A stretch of 64,000 nucleotides of DNA from Lama guanicoe (lineage: Eukaryota), in contig MU056000.1 of the NCBI GenBank assembly GCA_013239625.1, positions 11,607,175-11,671,174 of the forward strand, read 5' to 3'. The notes under the pieces were generated by a model, which was not told the DNA's origin, ran no database searches, and saw nothing but the letters and a program-made list of their open reading frames with translations. Shown here in pieces: positions 12,858-25,800 of this stretch; positions within the stretch are counted from its first letter, which is position 1; each line of letters opens with the position of its first letter. The position numbers and the translations under genes are program-made.

Positions 12858-15403
12858 AAGAAAATAACAGGCCAATATCTCTGATGAATATAGACACAAA
12901 AATCCTCAGCAAAGCATGAGCAAAATGAATCCAGCAATATATAAAAAGGATCATACATTCATGATGAAGTGGGATTTATTCCAAGGATGCAAGGACAGTT
13001 CAATATTCACAAATAAATCAATGGAATACATCACATTAGTGAAAAGAAAAGTAAATATCATATGATTATCTCAACTGATACAGAAGAAGCATTTGACAAA
13101 CTTCAACATCCATTGATAAACAGTCTCACTGAAGTTAGTATAGAGGGAACATGCCTCAACATAATAAAGGCCATTTATGACAAGCCCACAGCTAGCATCA
13201 TTCTTGATGGCGAAATACTGAAATGTCGCCTCTAAAATCAGGAATAAGACGTGATCTTCACTCTCTCTCATCACGTCTATTTAAGTTGGTATTTGAAATC
13301 CCACCTACAGCCATCAGACAAGAAAAAGAATAAAAGTTATCCAAATTGGAAGGGAAAAATAACACTGCCACTATTTATATCTGACATAATATTTTATATA
13401 GAAAACCCTAGTCTCTCTCCACCCAAAAAATTTTAGAACTAATAAATGAATTCAGTAAAGTTTCAGGATAAATGATTAATATACAGAAGTCTATTGCTTT
13501 TCTATACACTAATAATGAACTATCAAAAAGAGAAAGCAAGAAAATTATCACATTTAAAATTCTCACCAAAAAGAAAAAAAATACCTACAATAAACTTAAC
13601 CATGGAAATGAAAGATATATACTCTGAAAACTATAAAACATTGATGAAGGAATTTGAATCTGATACAAATAAATGAAAAGGTACACTGTGTTCTTGGATT
13701 GGAAGAATTAATATTGTTAAAATGTCCATACAACCTACAGATATAATGCAAAGCAACCTACAGATATAATGCAACTCCTATCAAAATACCCATGACATTT
13801 TTCAAAGAATTAGAATAAATAATGCTAAAAGTTATCTAGAACCACAAAAGACCCTGAATTGCTAAAGCAATCTTGAGAAAGAAGAACAAAGCCACAGGTA
13901 TTATGCTCCCTGACTTCAGACTACACTACAAAGCTACAGTAATCAAAACAGCATGGTACTGGCACAAAAACAGACACATAGATCAGTGGACCCGAATAGA
14001 GAGTCCAGAAATAAACCTATGTACCTATGTCAATTAATCTATGACAAAGAAGGCAAGAATACACAATGAGGAAAAGACAGTCTCTTCAATAAGTGGTGGT
14101 AGGAAAACTGGACAGCTACATATAAAAGAATGAGATTAGAGCAATTCTTCACACTATATACAAAAATAAACCCAAAGTGGATGAAAGACCTAAACGTAAG
14201 ACTGGAAACCATAAAATTTCCAGAAGAGAACATAGAAAGAACATGCTTTGACATAAATCATAGCAATATTTTTTGGATCTGTCTCCTAAGGCAAAAGAAA
14301 TAAAAGCAAAAATAAACAAATGGAACCTAATTAACTTAAAAGCTTTTGCACAGCAAAGGAAACTATCGACAATATGAAAAGACAACCTACTGGATGGGAA
14401 AAAATATTTGCAAATGATATAACTGATAAGGGGTTAATACTCAAAATACATAAAGAGCTCATAAAACTCAATATCAAAAAAACAAATAACCTTATCAAAA
14501 AATGGGTAGAAGATCTGAATAGATATATTTCCAAAGAAGACATACAGATGGATGACAAGCACATGAAAAAATGCTCAACATCATTAATCATCAGTGAAAT
14601 GCGAATCAAAGCTAGAATGAGGTTATCACCTAACACCATTGGAATGGCTATCATCAAAACATCTGCAAATAACATGCACTAGTGAGGATGGGGAGTAGTG
14701 CACTGCTGGGGGGAATGCAAATTGGGGTAGCCACTAAGAAGAACAGTCCGGAGGGTCCTCAAAAAACTAAAAACAGAACTACCATATGATCCAGCAATTC
14801 CACAACTGGGTATATATCTGAAGAAAACAAAAATACTAGTTCAAAAAGATATATACATCCAATGTTCACAATAGCATCATTTACATTAGCCAAGACATGA
14901 AGCAACCTGTGTCCATCAACAGATGAATGCATAATCTTTAGAAGATGTGGTATACACATACACAGTGGAGTACTACTCAGCCATAAATAAGAATGAAATT
15001 TTGCCATATGCACTAACATGGATGGACCTGGAGTATATTATGCTAAGTGAAATAAGTCAGACAGAGAAAGACAAATACTGTATGTTATCACTTATGTGTA
15101 AAATCTAAAAAATAAAACGAGTGAATACAACAAAAAAGAAACAGACTCACAGATATAAAGAACAAACTAATGGTTACCAGTGGGGAGAGGGGAAGGGGGA
15201 GGAGCAAGATAAGGTTAAGAGATACAAACTATTATGTATAAAATAGATAAGCAACAAGGATATATTGTATTGCACAGGGAAATATGACCATTGTTTTGTA
15301 ATAACTTTAAGTGGAGTATAAGCTTTAAAAACTTTGAATCACTATGTTATACACCTGAAACTAATATAATATTATAAATTTACTACATTTCAATTTTTTT
15401 TTA
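12217..15403 (+). mobile_element. 5'-truncated L1 (most of ORF2 plus 3' UTR), frameshifted
   Basis: ORF pieces [15 protein letters not shown]...[14 protein letters not shown] and INLTMEMKDIYSENYKTLMKE are L1 ORF2. 3' UTR with G-rich tract at ~15180-15205. Degenerate TSD agaagcatttagaa (12203-12216) / aaaagcacttggaa (15404-15417), 11/14 identical. Confidence 0.95.
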
Positions 15404-15499
15404 AAAAGCACTTGGAACAATCTAGTCCTAACTCCCATTTTATAGAAGCTGAGGACAAAGGTAAGGTGACTTACCCAAGGTCACACAGCTAGTTAATGC

Positions 15500-17296
15500 C
15501 AACATAATAAAAGTTGCAGATCTTTTCATTATAATTAACAACAGTCTCAGAAAATAGTGTGGATTTACATATCCAATCTCCAGCCTTTGAAGTAATAGTT
15601 ACTATATTCCTTGAGTTCTGTGGAGATAATTCATTTAATATCAAGAGGTAACAAATAAAAAGAATGACACAGCCGGAAAGCATGGTTTGTGTGATATCCA
15701 TGATAGGAAATTGCTAATATATGGCCAACACCACCAGTTAACTAAAGTCTAGGCATTACGTGATACATTTAAAATAAAATTACTCTGGCAGGCATATTGT
15801 TTCTCCTTAAAATTGTTAGTAGCTTAACATGATTTATAGAAAGCCCTTTATATGTTGGGTTGGCAATATTCAAAGTATCATTAGTTTTTTTCTTTTGGTG
15901 GTGGGAGTGGAGGAGATTTCAATTGCAAATGTGGTAATGTACATGTAAAGTACAGCTTATCATTTCAATACAACACCGTAATTAATGTTGAGTACTGACC
16001 AAATGAAAAGTATGGCTAAACTTTAAAAGAACATTCCTAGCATTCCTGAGCATACTGAAGAGACTCAATATGTTATTGCTGCTCAGCTTTTAAAAACATG
16101 GAATTTTGAAAGGATAATCTTTTTAAATTAGATCAGTGGCTGTCTCCTCTAGTTAAGTAAAAAAATACATAAATTTGAATGAGGAAGAAGAAGGGTATAA
16201 AAGAAGGGTATAAAACCTAAACACTATGATGTCTTTGAGAAACATTTAACAATAAAATCCTCCCTCCTGATTTCAATACTTTATATCAAGAGCATACTTT
16301 TGTTTTCAGAGGAAGACCATTATGTTTGTTTTTCACAGAGCTGGTTTATAATGCAAAAATTAAAAGTTAACAGAAACCTTGGTTTTAAGATAAACTAAGA
16401 TTTATGCAACTGAAGAAAAAAATACAGAAAGAGGTTAGAATCTGAAATTTTTCTCTTTGGTTTGTGCAGTGATTATGTTTGCAGGTCAATTAACAACATG
16501 CTCCCCTTATGTTTTTTTTTTTTTTTTTTTAACATGTTTGTCTCCCAGAAAGCATCCTTGCTCCTGAGTGGTAATCTCCCCTTTTGGTCCAGAAGTGTCA
16601 CGTTGCTCAACCAGTAGATTTGGAGGGTCTGCTGACATACGCACATGGCTGACATTTTTGAAAGTCTTTTATAATCAAAAAGACATGGCTGTCTTAATTA
16701 TTAATATGGAAATAAAATACAGTGTGCTTTCTCAGATTTTCCCTTGATTAAACTTACTTTGATTATTTGGATTGTTCTTTGAAGAATAAAAAATCTGTGC
16801 GTTGGAATCAAAAGCCATGAACCTAAGCTTTTCCAGTTGACGGTATTTTCGGTAACTTTAACCTGCACACCACAGCTCACCCTTTGTGATGATTTCATCC
16901 TTTTCTAGTGAATAAATTGCTGTCATCCCTGAGGTTCATGAGCAAGGTTATGAGTCTTGACTCTGCAGTTAACATTTTTAATGGAGGCTGAGGTGGAACT
17001 TTGTAAAGGGCGTTTTGCAACGAGCATAACTTAGAATGAAACATTTAGTTGGTCTACTTATTAAGATAAAATGTGTGAGTCTAATTTAAACCATTATTTT
17101 GTAACGAGCGCCCTCTCGTTCCTTAACGCATCGATTTCCGTCTCAACAACTTGCATTCGATGCGCACTTAGAGCCTCTTCGCGTGCTTCCCAGAACTGCC
17201 GGCTTTCTCCGCAGCTGAGGGGCACTGTCAAGTGCAGCTCGATGCCACAGCCTCGTGAGTTTAGGAGAGAAGAATAAACTCATCAGTTAACCGGAA
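15500..17296 (-). other. Probable 3' UTR or 3' flank of the minus-strand gene; end point uncertain
   Basis: No recognisable interspersed repeats in this AT-rich stretch after the stop codon. Minus-strand ATTAAA at 16978-16983 and ~15634-15639; no canonical AATAAA noticed. Confidence 0.4.
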
Positions 17297-17305
17297 TTAA
17301 GAGCC
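17297..17305 (-). CDS. Terminal coding exon (Gly-Ser-stop) of an unidentified membrane-anchored protein
   Basis: Strong acceptor ttctccttgcttggctgttgcttctgtcctctcgtctgctttccag|GGC TCT TAA. Phase 0 matches the donor at 18749. Confidence 0.6.
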   Translation of the reverse strand, partial: GS

Positions 17306-18748
17306 CTGGAAAGCAGACGAGAGGACAGAAGCAACAGCCAAGCAAGGAGAATATTATTTCTTAAAGAAGCATTTCCAGGAAGCACGCGGGTTAGGAGTCA
17401 CCTAGAATTTTTCACAAATTGGGTAAGAGGGAAGGAATAAAAAGATTTATTTAAAAATTCTGTACCGGTTAAATTGAAACTTGGAGATTGTTCACTTTTT
17501 GAAAGCTCTTTATCTTTTTTTTCCTGGGAAGATTTCAGTCCAAGCAACCGTGTTGAGGTTGGGTTTTCAGGTTCCTGTGCGGGAACTACAGAGTCTAGTA
17601 AGTACGGGGTGACACGTGTTTCGTGAGGCTGAGCATCACGGAGAGGGAGACGGTCAAAGTCAGCGGCATGATTCGCGCCTTTGGAACGTGCCTGTAATTA
17701 TTAATGACCGTCAACAGAGACATTGCAGACCACAAAGAAAATCATCCTCTCGATGTTTAAGTATATCCAGTCAGTGAACAGTATTCCTGGCGTTAGGTCC
17801 TCAATCCCATTTGCCGGTAACCGCAAAGTTGAATCTCCCTCTAAGAAATCAAACTGACCGCACTTCAGTGCCTGGAGCCTGAGCTTCCCTCTCACTAGGA
17901 AATATACTATGATGCTGCCTTAACAGCATGTAACCCATTTAACGGGGAGCTAGGATCGCCCACCTTTCCTGCTTACGATCTCATCAAACAACTCTGAGTA
18001 CCTCACATGGTTCACTGTCGCCCCCACTCCTAAATTGTAGGGAACGGTTATTACAGGTGACTTAGAAAATCGTTTCTGCTGCCATACGAACTTCCAAAAG
18101 AACGCGATGTGGAGATAGTGATTGTACTTTGTCTGCCTTGACAGAGTAAAAAGATCTTATGAGGACTTTAGGAAAATTTATCTAGGCTACTGGAATGACA
18201 AGTAAAGGTGTTATCCTACCGTGCACGGTGACATTACATTTTGGAATATTTGGAAAGATTTCAAAGATATAAATAACCCTATGCAATGGTGGACAGGACT
18301 TCGGCATCCCAAAACACATAAAATTCCTGAATAGGCATCCTTTAACATTTTAAAATCTCAAGGCTTCCAGTTTTCATGGCTCTGGACAAAATTATCTAAA
18401 ATTATGGACAAATGTTTAAGAAACTGGATTTGGGGGTAAAATTCCCCAAAAGCACCCTTATAAGAGAAGTTGCTTTCTCAGACGCAGTGCCATCAATTCA
18501 TGAAGAGTCCGACAGTAGGAAGGGCTCAGAATTTTTTCAGGCACAGGGATAAGAGCTCAAGGGGAAGAGCTGGTGCTGTCCAGCTAGGACATTCAAGGAA
18601 GACACAGATAACGCAGGGGACCTCAGCTCCAACGTAAATATGATTCTGGCAATTAGAACTTCAGAGCAACTATTTAAACTGCATGTCAGAAATACACTAA
18701 GAAGGACAAATGTGCACACTGCAGTAGCGCCTGCAGTGAGGATTTTAC

Positions 18749-18798
18749 CAGCGAGATAATAAGAGCAAGAGAAAGGATGAGTTGCACAGCTGTTTTAC
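18749..18798 (-). CDS. Coding exon, hydrophobic tail (G)KTAVQLILSLALIISL
   Basis: Acceptor gttcttttcag|GT, donor CTG|gtaaaa. 50 nt, phase 1 to 0, in frame with the 28531-28689 exon. Confidence 0.7.
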
Positions 18799-20399
18799 CT
18801 GAAAAGAACCACCTAACTTAACACACAGAGGAGGGGGAGCAGCTAAGCACCAGGATACCAGGACTGCTCTGGAAATCTTCTCAAATTGATTTTCTTCCAT
18901 CCAGAGATAAATAAAATATGACTGAATCGGCTGTGCTGTAATATGGCTCATTTGGGTTGCTGTGAATTATTTATCCCTGACTTTGTACCCATTTGGCATG
19001 TTTACTCACTAACCTTTTAAAACCATCTGATAAAATGGCACAAACTTTCCTTAAATTGGCTCATTTGGGTAGACGTGTTCAGGACCAGCTCCTTTCTTTG
19101 TAGTCCTGAACTAACTTCCATTTATACATCCGGAAAAAACAACATACGAGTAGAGGTAGTGCTCTGCACAGCGCAACAGAGCACAATTATATCCGTATTT
19201 GGACTTGGTCCCTCAGGAAGGTCACAGGCTAACAGAAATGGATGGCTGCTTTCTTCCAAAATAAACTAGGAAATAAAATTTACTCATTTAGCATACAACT
19301 TAGTGCTTACTGTGGGCCTGATGCTGGACGTATGTTGGTGAAAAGACAGGCAAGTTCCTGCTCAGGTGATGCTTACAGGCTAGCCGAAGAGGATGACATT
19401 AGACCAAAAATGGCACCAAGAAAGTTGGCATGTAACTATGAATGGTGACAAGTGTGGTGAGAAAGCACAGGCTGCTCTGAAGGAGGAAAACAGAAAGTAC
19501 TCGTTTTGGTTTAGGAGTTCAGGGAAGCCTTTTCAATCAAAAGGCACGTTTTGAGCTCTGGAGCAAGAGGAGAAATATTACTCCTGAATAGGCTGCTGGC
19601 TCCTGTCTGTTAACGAGGTGGGGAGAGCTCATGCAGGAGGAATCACTGACATTCTTTCCACATAGGACTTGGAAAAAAAATGATTTTAATCCAAATTCCC
19701 AGAGCCATGAAGACTGGAAGACTTGGGATTTTAAAATGTTAAAGGATGCCTGCCCATGAAGACCATGTGTTTTGGGATGCTGAAGTCCTATCAGCCAACA
19801 GAGCAACCATGTTTACTGACTTGCTGGCAATACCATCTAAGAACCCTCTGCTTGGAAGTGTATTCCACCAATTATCCCTAGAGGCGAGAAAAAGAAAAAC
19901 CCAAGGCTCTGTGTTTTATTACTTATATTTATAGTAATACAAACTCAACCCACTGATTCAAATAAACATGCAGAATGAAATGAAGTAAAAGGAACTTGCT
20001 TAAAATGCACTGTCTACTAAATAACTCTTCATAAATGGATTCCCCTCGGCTTTATGGCCATTCACGCACTGCTCAGTGCTTGACTCCTGGTCTCTCCCCT
20101 CCCAGCAGACAGTCCAAGGGCAACAAGCAGGGGCCTGCAGCATCCAGCGCAGCCCAGAGCCAGGGGGCTCCCCTGAGGAGTTTCTGAGGACAAGCCCACC
20201 TTGGAAATCTAAAGTTCAACAGATTCATGGACTCATTCACCTATTCAACAAATATGTACTGAACCTCTACCACGTGCCAGCCATGGTCCTAGGTACTGAG
20301 AACACCATGGAAAATAAAACATTCCTAGCCCACAAGGAGCTTTCAGTTAAGATGACAGAGAATAAGCAGGGGATGGCACTCAACATTTATCTAGAATGT

Positions 20400-21560
20400 G
20401 GCCAGTGCGCACCACCTTCACCGCTACCACCCCAGTCCAAGCATCACTTAGGATGACTGCAGTAGCCTCCTAACTGGACATTCAACTTCCACCTTGCCCC
20501 TCTACGGTCTCTCCCCACAGAGCAGCCAGAGAAATACTGTCCAATTATTAACTCAGATCATGTCAAAGCTCTGCTTCAAACCCTCAGATGGCTTTCCGAC
20601 TTACATTTACCACTTATATTATGAATAAAATATAAACTTACATTTACAGTTCACAAGGCTGCACTCCTCTCTGACCTCGTGTCCTGCCACTCTCCTTAGG
20701 GCAAATTGCAAAAGACGGTCACAGTGCTTTGCAGTTTGCTGCTTCAAGAGGCAGAGTCAGCTCCCTACCCCTTGAATCTGGGATTGGCCAAGAGACTTGC
20801 TTTGACCAACAGAATGTGGCAGGAGTGACCTGCCAAATGAACAAGCATCCAATAACCTACAGAAGAATGAACAATGTGGACCAGAGACAAGTCATCCTGC
20901 CTGAGGTCCCCAAGTCCACTCAGCTCTCAGCTTCCTGACAGCTGCCAGAGACGCATGAGCGAGCCCCGTCAAGACCAGCAGAACTGCCCAGCTGACCCAG
21001 CTACACTGCCGACAAACAGCTGACTAAGCTAAATGAGCAGTCATTGTTTTAAACCACTAAGCTTTGAGATGGCTTATTATGCAGCAAAAGCTAACTGGTA
21101 CATCTCCCCTTATCCATTTCACCCCTGCCACACCCACTTCCTTAGTGTTACATGAAGACAACAAGTAAACTTTGCACCTCTGACCCTTTGCACTTGCTGC
21201 TCCCAATATGTAAAAGAACTTCTCGCCCAGATATCCGCTTACATCATTCTCTTCAGATCTCCGCCCAGCTGTGAGCCATCGGTGAGGACTTCCCTGCACA
21301 CACTCTGTAGAACTGCAAACCCACCTCCCCACTCCAGCCCAGCACTTCTTTGTTTTTCTGCATAGGGTTTCTCATCATCTGACATACGAAATTTACTATA
21401 TATTTACCTATTTATTTTTAATCTACCATGCCCATTAGAATGCAAGTCCCACGAGGACCAGGACTTTCTCTTGTTTTGTCATCCCTATGTCTCTAATACA
21501 ATGCCTGGTACATGTGAAAATGCAATATATGTTGGTTAAATGAATAATTCAATGAATGAG
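20400..21560 (+). mobile_element. L2 fragment interrupted by an MLT1 LTR
   Basis: L2 motifs ctcagatcatgtca, cctttgcacttgctgctccc and 3' end tagaatgcaagtcccacgaggaccagg...tgcctggtaca...tgaatgagtg. Confidence 0.7.
20698..21102 (+). mobile_element. MLT1-family MaLR LTR
   Basis: Contains ccccttgaatctggg...gacttgctttgaccaacagaatgtggcag; ends ttattatgcagcaaaagctaactggtaca. Confidence 0.8.
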
Positions 21561-22534
21561 TGAAACAGATCAGGAAATATAAGATAGTAATAACTACCAT
21601 AAAGAGATTTAAAATAGGGTTATAAGGTAATAAGTGAACAGGTGCCCACTTTAGATTCAGTGGTGACAGAAGGCATCCCTGAGGTGGTGACAATTGAGTG
21701 GACACCCGAATAAATTCAAGTTCTCCTAACTATACAAGGCTAAGTTTGCATGTAAGTATCACAACAATAATGTCACTGTCCCCAGTCACAGCTGACACTG
21801 CCACAACAGCCGAGGGTCAGTGTCCATGGACAGATCCAGAAAGCAAGGCGAAGGCTTCATACCTGTCCTGAAGTAGACAGTCTTCCTGCCTCTCCATCAG
21901 TTACACCATCAGTATCATTTCCAGTACACTGTCACAGCTGCCAGTAATCACAGCACCAACTTTCTCAAGTGCTTGTACTGCACCAGGTATGGTTCTTGGC
22001 ACAGTATGGTTTTCAACTAATTGATATTATTATTATCCACACTTTACAGACAGAAACGAGGAGACAGAGAATGTAGGTCCTATGCCAAAAGGCACGAGCG
22101 AAAAAGCAGTAGGACTGGATTTAAACATAAGCAATTTGTCTCTGATGTCCCCACCCTTTCCCATCCATCATCTATGACACATTGCCTCACATAGACCCCA
22201 GTGCCTTGTTCAGAACTTTGGCAGAAAGAAACTTCTGGGCCCTGGGAGCTAAGCATCGTGCTTTCCCTGGGAAGCCTTGAAGCAGGCACAGGGCATGGGT
22301 CTGGAGAGAGGGAGGTGAGCCTCCCAGGAGAGAACTGCCAAACTTCTCTGCTTTCACAGTAAAAGGCAGCCTTGCAGCCACCTGCTCACTGTCCCAAGTT
22401 CTAGAACCCACCCTTGGTCAGCAATCTGAGATACCGGGGTTCATCACGTATGTGATATTTATGTTTGTTATCTCTTAAAAGCCCAGCAGAAATAAGTAAT
22501 ATTTAAGGAAAAATTATGTAATTTTTCTTCTGAT

Positions 22535-23120
22535 TTTTCTTGGGATATAAGTGACATATAGCACTGCATAAGTTTAAGGTGTGCATCATAGTGACTTGTA
22601 CATATATCATGAAATGATTACTGCAGTAAGTTTAGCGAACATCCATCATCTCATATAGATACAAAATTAAAGAAATAGTAAAAAGAGTTTCATCTTTCCT
22701 TGTGATGAGAGCTCTAGGGATTTACGCTCTTAACAATGTTCATATGTAACATACAGCAGTGTTAATTACATTTATCATGTACATTGTATCCCCAGTACTT
22801 ATCTTATAACCGGAAGTGTATACCTTATGATCACCTTCATTCAATTCCCCTCCCCTCACCCTCTGCCTCTCGTAACCACAAATCTGATCTCTTTTCCTAT
22901 GAGTTGGTTGGTTGGTTGGTTGATTGGTTGATTGGTTTTTGAAGTATAATTGACTTACCACACTATGTTAGTCCCTGGTACACAACATAGTGATTCAATG
23001 TTTCTATACATTTCAAGATGATCACATGACAAATCTAGCTATGATATATCACCAAAGAAAGATATTACACAGTCCCTGACTATATTCTATACACTGTACA
23101 TTTCATACACATTACTTATT
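22535..23120 (-). mobile_element. Two adjacent L1 3'-UTR fragments with a (TTGG)n tract at ~22903-22935
   Basis: Contains gatataagtgacatatagcactgc... and gaagtataattgacttaccacactatgttag..., matching reverse-oriented L1 3' ends. Confidence 0.75.
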
Positions 23121-23787
23121 TAGGAAAATATTTTTTAACAAGGAGAATTACACAAATGCTAAAAACTCACAAAATGGCTTTCTTCTCAGTGTGCCTCCAA
23201 ATACCCTTGCTTTTCTATGTCAAAATGGTGGCCATGATGATTTTGCTCCATTGAGTCTGGATGCTCTGGCAGCCCTGTGGCATTCTCCTCCTCTCTAGCA
23301 TTCCCTTATGACACCACACACACCACAGTGGCTCTGGCTTCCCTCTGCCTTGGTTACCTGACGTGTTCCTTCTTAATTGCAGATTAAACCACCTGGGCCA
23401 CAAGGCAAGGAGCCGAGTGGAATGGAGGTTTGTTTGCCCGATTTCAGATGGAAGGCACACCATCAAAGGAGAGGGCCGCAGAGATTTTGAGAAAAATCAG
23501 GCCACCCAAGTCCAAGTTCCCTGTAGAAAACACTAGGGAGACATGCTTTATTAAGCAGAGAGGCTAGTTTTGCATCTCAGTTTTGCACGTGTTACTTACA
23601 ATGAGTCATTCCTTCAGTGTAGATGCTCAGAGTCCGTAAATTCAGAGGCACGTCCTCACGAACTTGCCTTGTCCCTCACTATTGAAAAGCCACCACTCTT
23701 CAGACTCAACTCAGAATCCACCTCCTCCATCGCAAGACTTTCTCTCTTCCAAACTCATCATTTCTTGTTTGTTCCATTTATTCCCCA

Positions 23788-24537
23788 CGTTATGGGCTGA
23801 AGTGTGTCCCTCTGAAAAATTCCTGTGCTGACGTCCTAACCCTCAGTAGCGTATTTGGAGACAGGTCCTTCCAGGTATTACCAGGTATCTTGGGTTTGTT
23901 CAGGCGATTACTTCAATGTACCACAGATTGGGTGGCTTTTAACAATAGAATTTTTTCCCACAGTTCTGAAAGCTGGCAGTCTGGGGTCAGCGTGCCCGCA
24001 TGGTTGAGTTCCAGTGAGTATGCTCCTCAGGATGGCAGGCCGCTTTCTTACCACAGCATCACATGGTGAAAGAGAGCTGGGTATCTCCCTGGCCTCCCTG
24101 TTCTTATAAGGGCAATAATCCCATCACAGGCTCCACCCTCATGACCTAATCACCTCCCAAGGCCCCACCTTAGACACTGGGATTCAACACATGAATTTCA
24201 GAGGTGTACACACACTCAGTCCATAACACCAGGTGACTGAGGTCACTAGGGTAGGCCCTAATCCAACATGGCAGGTGTTCTTATAAGAAGAGGGAATTTG
24301 GACACAGAGACACATATAGAGGGAAGACCAGGTGAACACCCAGGAGAAGACAACCATCTACAAACCAAGGACAGAGATCGGGAACAGACCTTTCCCTCAT
24401 GGCTCTCAGAAAGAACCAACCCTGCTGACACCTTATCTTGGACTTCCAGCCTCCAGAACTATAAGACTATAAATTTCTGTTGTTCAAGCCAGCCAGTGTG
24501 TGGCACTCTGTTACAGCAGCCCCAGTGAACTCATACA
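23788..24537 (+). mobile_element. MLT1 LTR (outer), split by a second MLT1
   Basis: Starts cgttatgggctgaagtgtgtccc. Resumes at ~24234 with ggccctaatccaa...ttccagcctccagaact...tgttacagcagcc...tcataca. Confidence 0.85.
23886..24228 (-). mobile_element. MLT1A-like LTR nested in opposite orientation
   Basis: Contains taccacagattgggtggctt...ctccaccctcatgacctaatcacctcccaaggccccacc...cagtccataaca. 5-bp TSD ccagg at 23881-23885 and 24229-24233. Confidence 0.85.
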
Positions 24538-25299
24538 CCATGAATGGCCTTGGGATGTGTCCTGTGCTGCCTTGTCACTGAACACCTAGGATTTTATTTT
24601 ATGGCTTGATTTGATTGCATGGTATTTGAATGTGGTGAGGGAGTTTAATTCAACCTGAATTCAAAGGTGAGATTCAGTGATCAGAACAAAAATGACTTCT
24701 CTGCTTCCTTAATCCAGGAGACGACAAAGCCATGAGTTGGGGGCAGACAGTTCTACACGAGATGGAGAGTTGGATCTGGAGGCCAGCGAAAGGGCTGAAA
24801 ATAGATATGCAGGAAATATAAAAGCATATTTTCTAGAAGTGGAGTCAAAACTGGAGGCATGGCCTCTTTCCTTATATACTCTGTTAGTAAAGATGGCTAC
24901 TTCCCATGGGCGAGAATGAAACACATTATCCTACAAAAGAAATTCACATCCATTCACTTCAACTACAGGGAATTTGGAGTTTGGGGCATGTATCCAGCTT
25001 GTTTCAGCTCACTTGCATAAACAAATCCACGGTAAGCTGTGATTCTTGGAAATTCAGTCACCAACTCAGGCTAAATAACATCTCAAGATAAGAACTGAAG
25101 TGAGCCTAATGTAAACTTATAGACGTGGTAAGAATGATCAGATTTCATAAGACCTTCAAAAAGATTCAAGGCACCTCAATAAAAAGGATCTGCTTTGTTC
25201 AAATGTGACTTGAAACTATCTTTACAGAAACAATGCAAGATATTTGTCTTTCTGTTTTGCATATTAATTTTTGAAAAGGTCCTGGTAATTATGAATTTA

Positions 25300-25800
25300 C
25301 AGCCAAGGTTCCCAGACTATTTTGGTTCACAGAGCCCTTAGCGTCACCATAAATTTTCTCACTTTGCTCTCAGGCCAAAAGAAATAGCTTACAATTCTGT
25401 CTATGAAGTAGTTAGATCCAGGCAACTTAATAGTATATATTTCTTAACAATTTAATAGCCATTTAAAAAACAATAATTGTTATTATTAAATTACCACAAT
25501 TACTTAGAACTTGTGACCTGTTGGATACCGTACAATTTCTGAAGTTTTGGACTGAAAGCAGACATTGTCTCCTCCAGTCCCTGTTCCAATTCTGTCTTCA
25601 TGGGCACTTTCATTGTACCACAGCCATCCTGAAAAATCTGACTTTATCATCAAAAGGAATCTTAAAAACCTGAAATCATGAATTATCTGGAGCTAGTAAT
25701 TCACCCACTTCCCGACAGATGGCGCTGTATTTTCCTTGAAAATTTCCAATATCCAGGGGTGCCCCAGAGGTCTCAGGGCATAAATTTCCACACCAGAGGT
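25300..25800. mobile_element. Probable hAT-Charlie-like DNA transposon relic
   Basis: Start ggttcccagactattttggttcacagagccctta and far end ccaggggtgcccc... resemble Charlie-type elements; family uncertain. Confidence 0.4.

Noticed and set aside
13731..13774. 23-bp tandem duplication in L1, and similar small duplications at ~16188, ~28078 and ~60937
   Set aside because: Ordinary replication-slippage products.
12697..15019. Hydrophobic minus-strand ORFs resembling membrane proteins
   Set aside because: They are antisense translations of the A-rich L1 ORF2.
17094..17251. Minus-strand open frame GCGIELHLTVPLSCGESRQFWEAREEALSAHRMQVVETEIDALRNERALVTK* as a terminal exon
   Set aside because: It needs a weak GAG acceptor. 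A much stronger acceptor at 17305 gives an in-frame stop, which places this frame in the 3' UTR.
16695..17705. TAATTATTAAT recurring exactly 1000 bp apart
   Set aside because: Low-complexity AT motif; best explained as coincidence.
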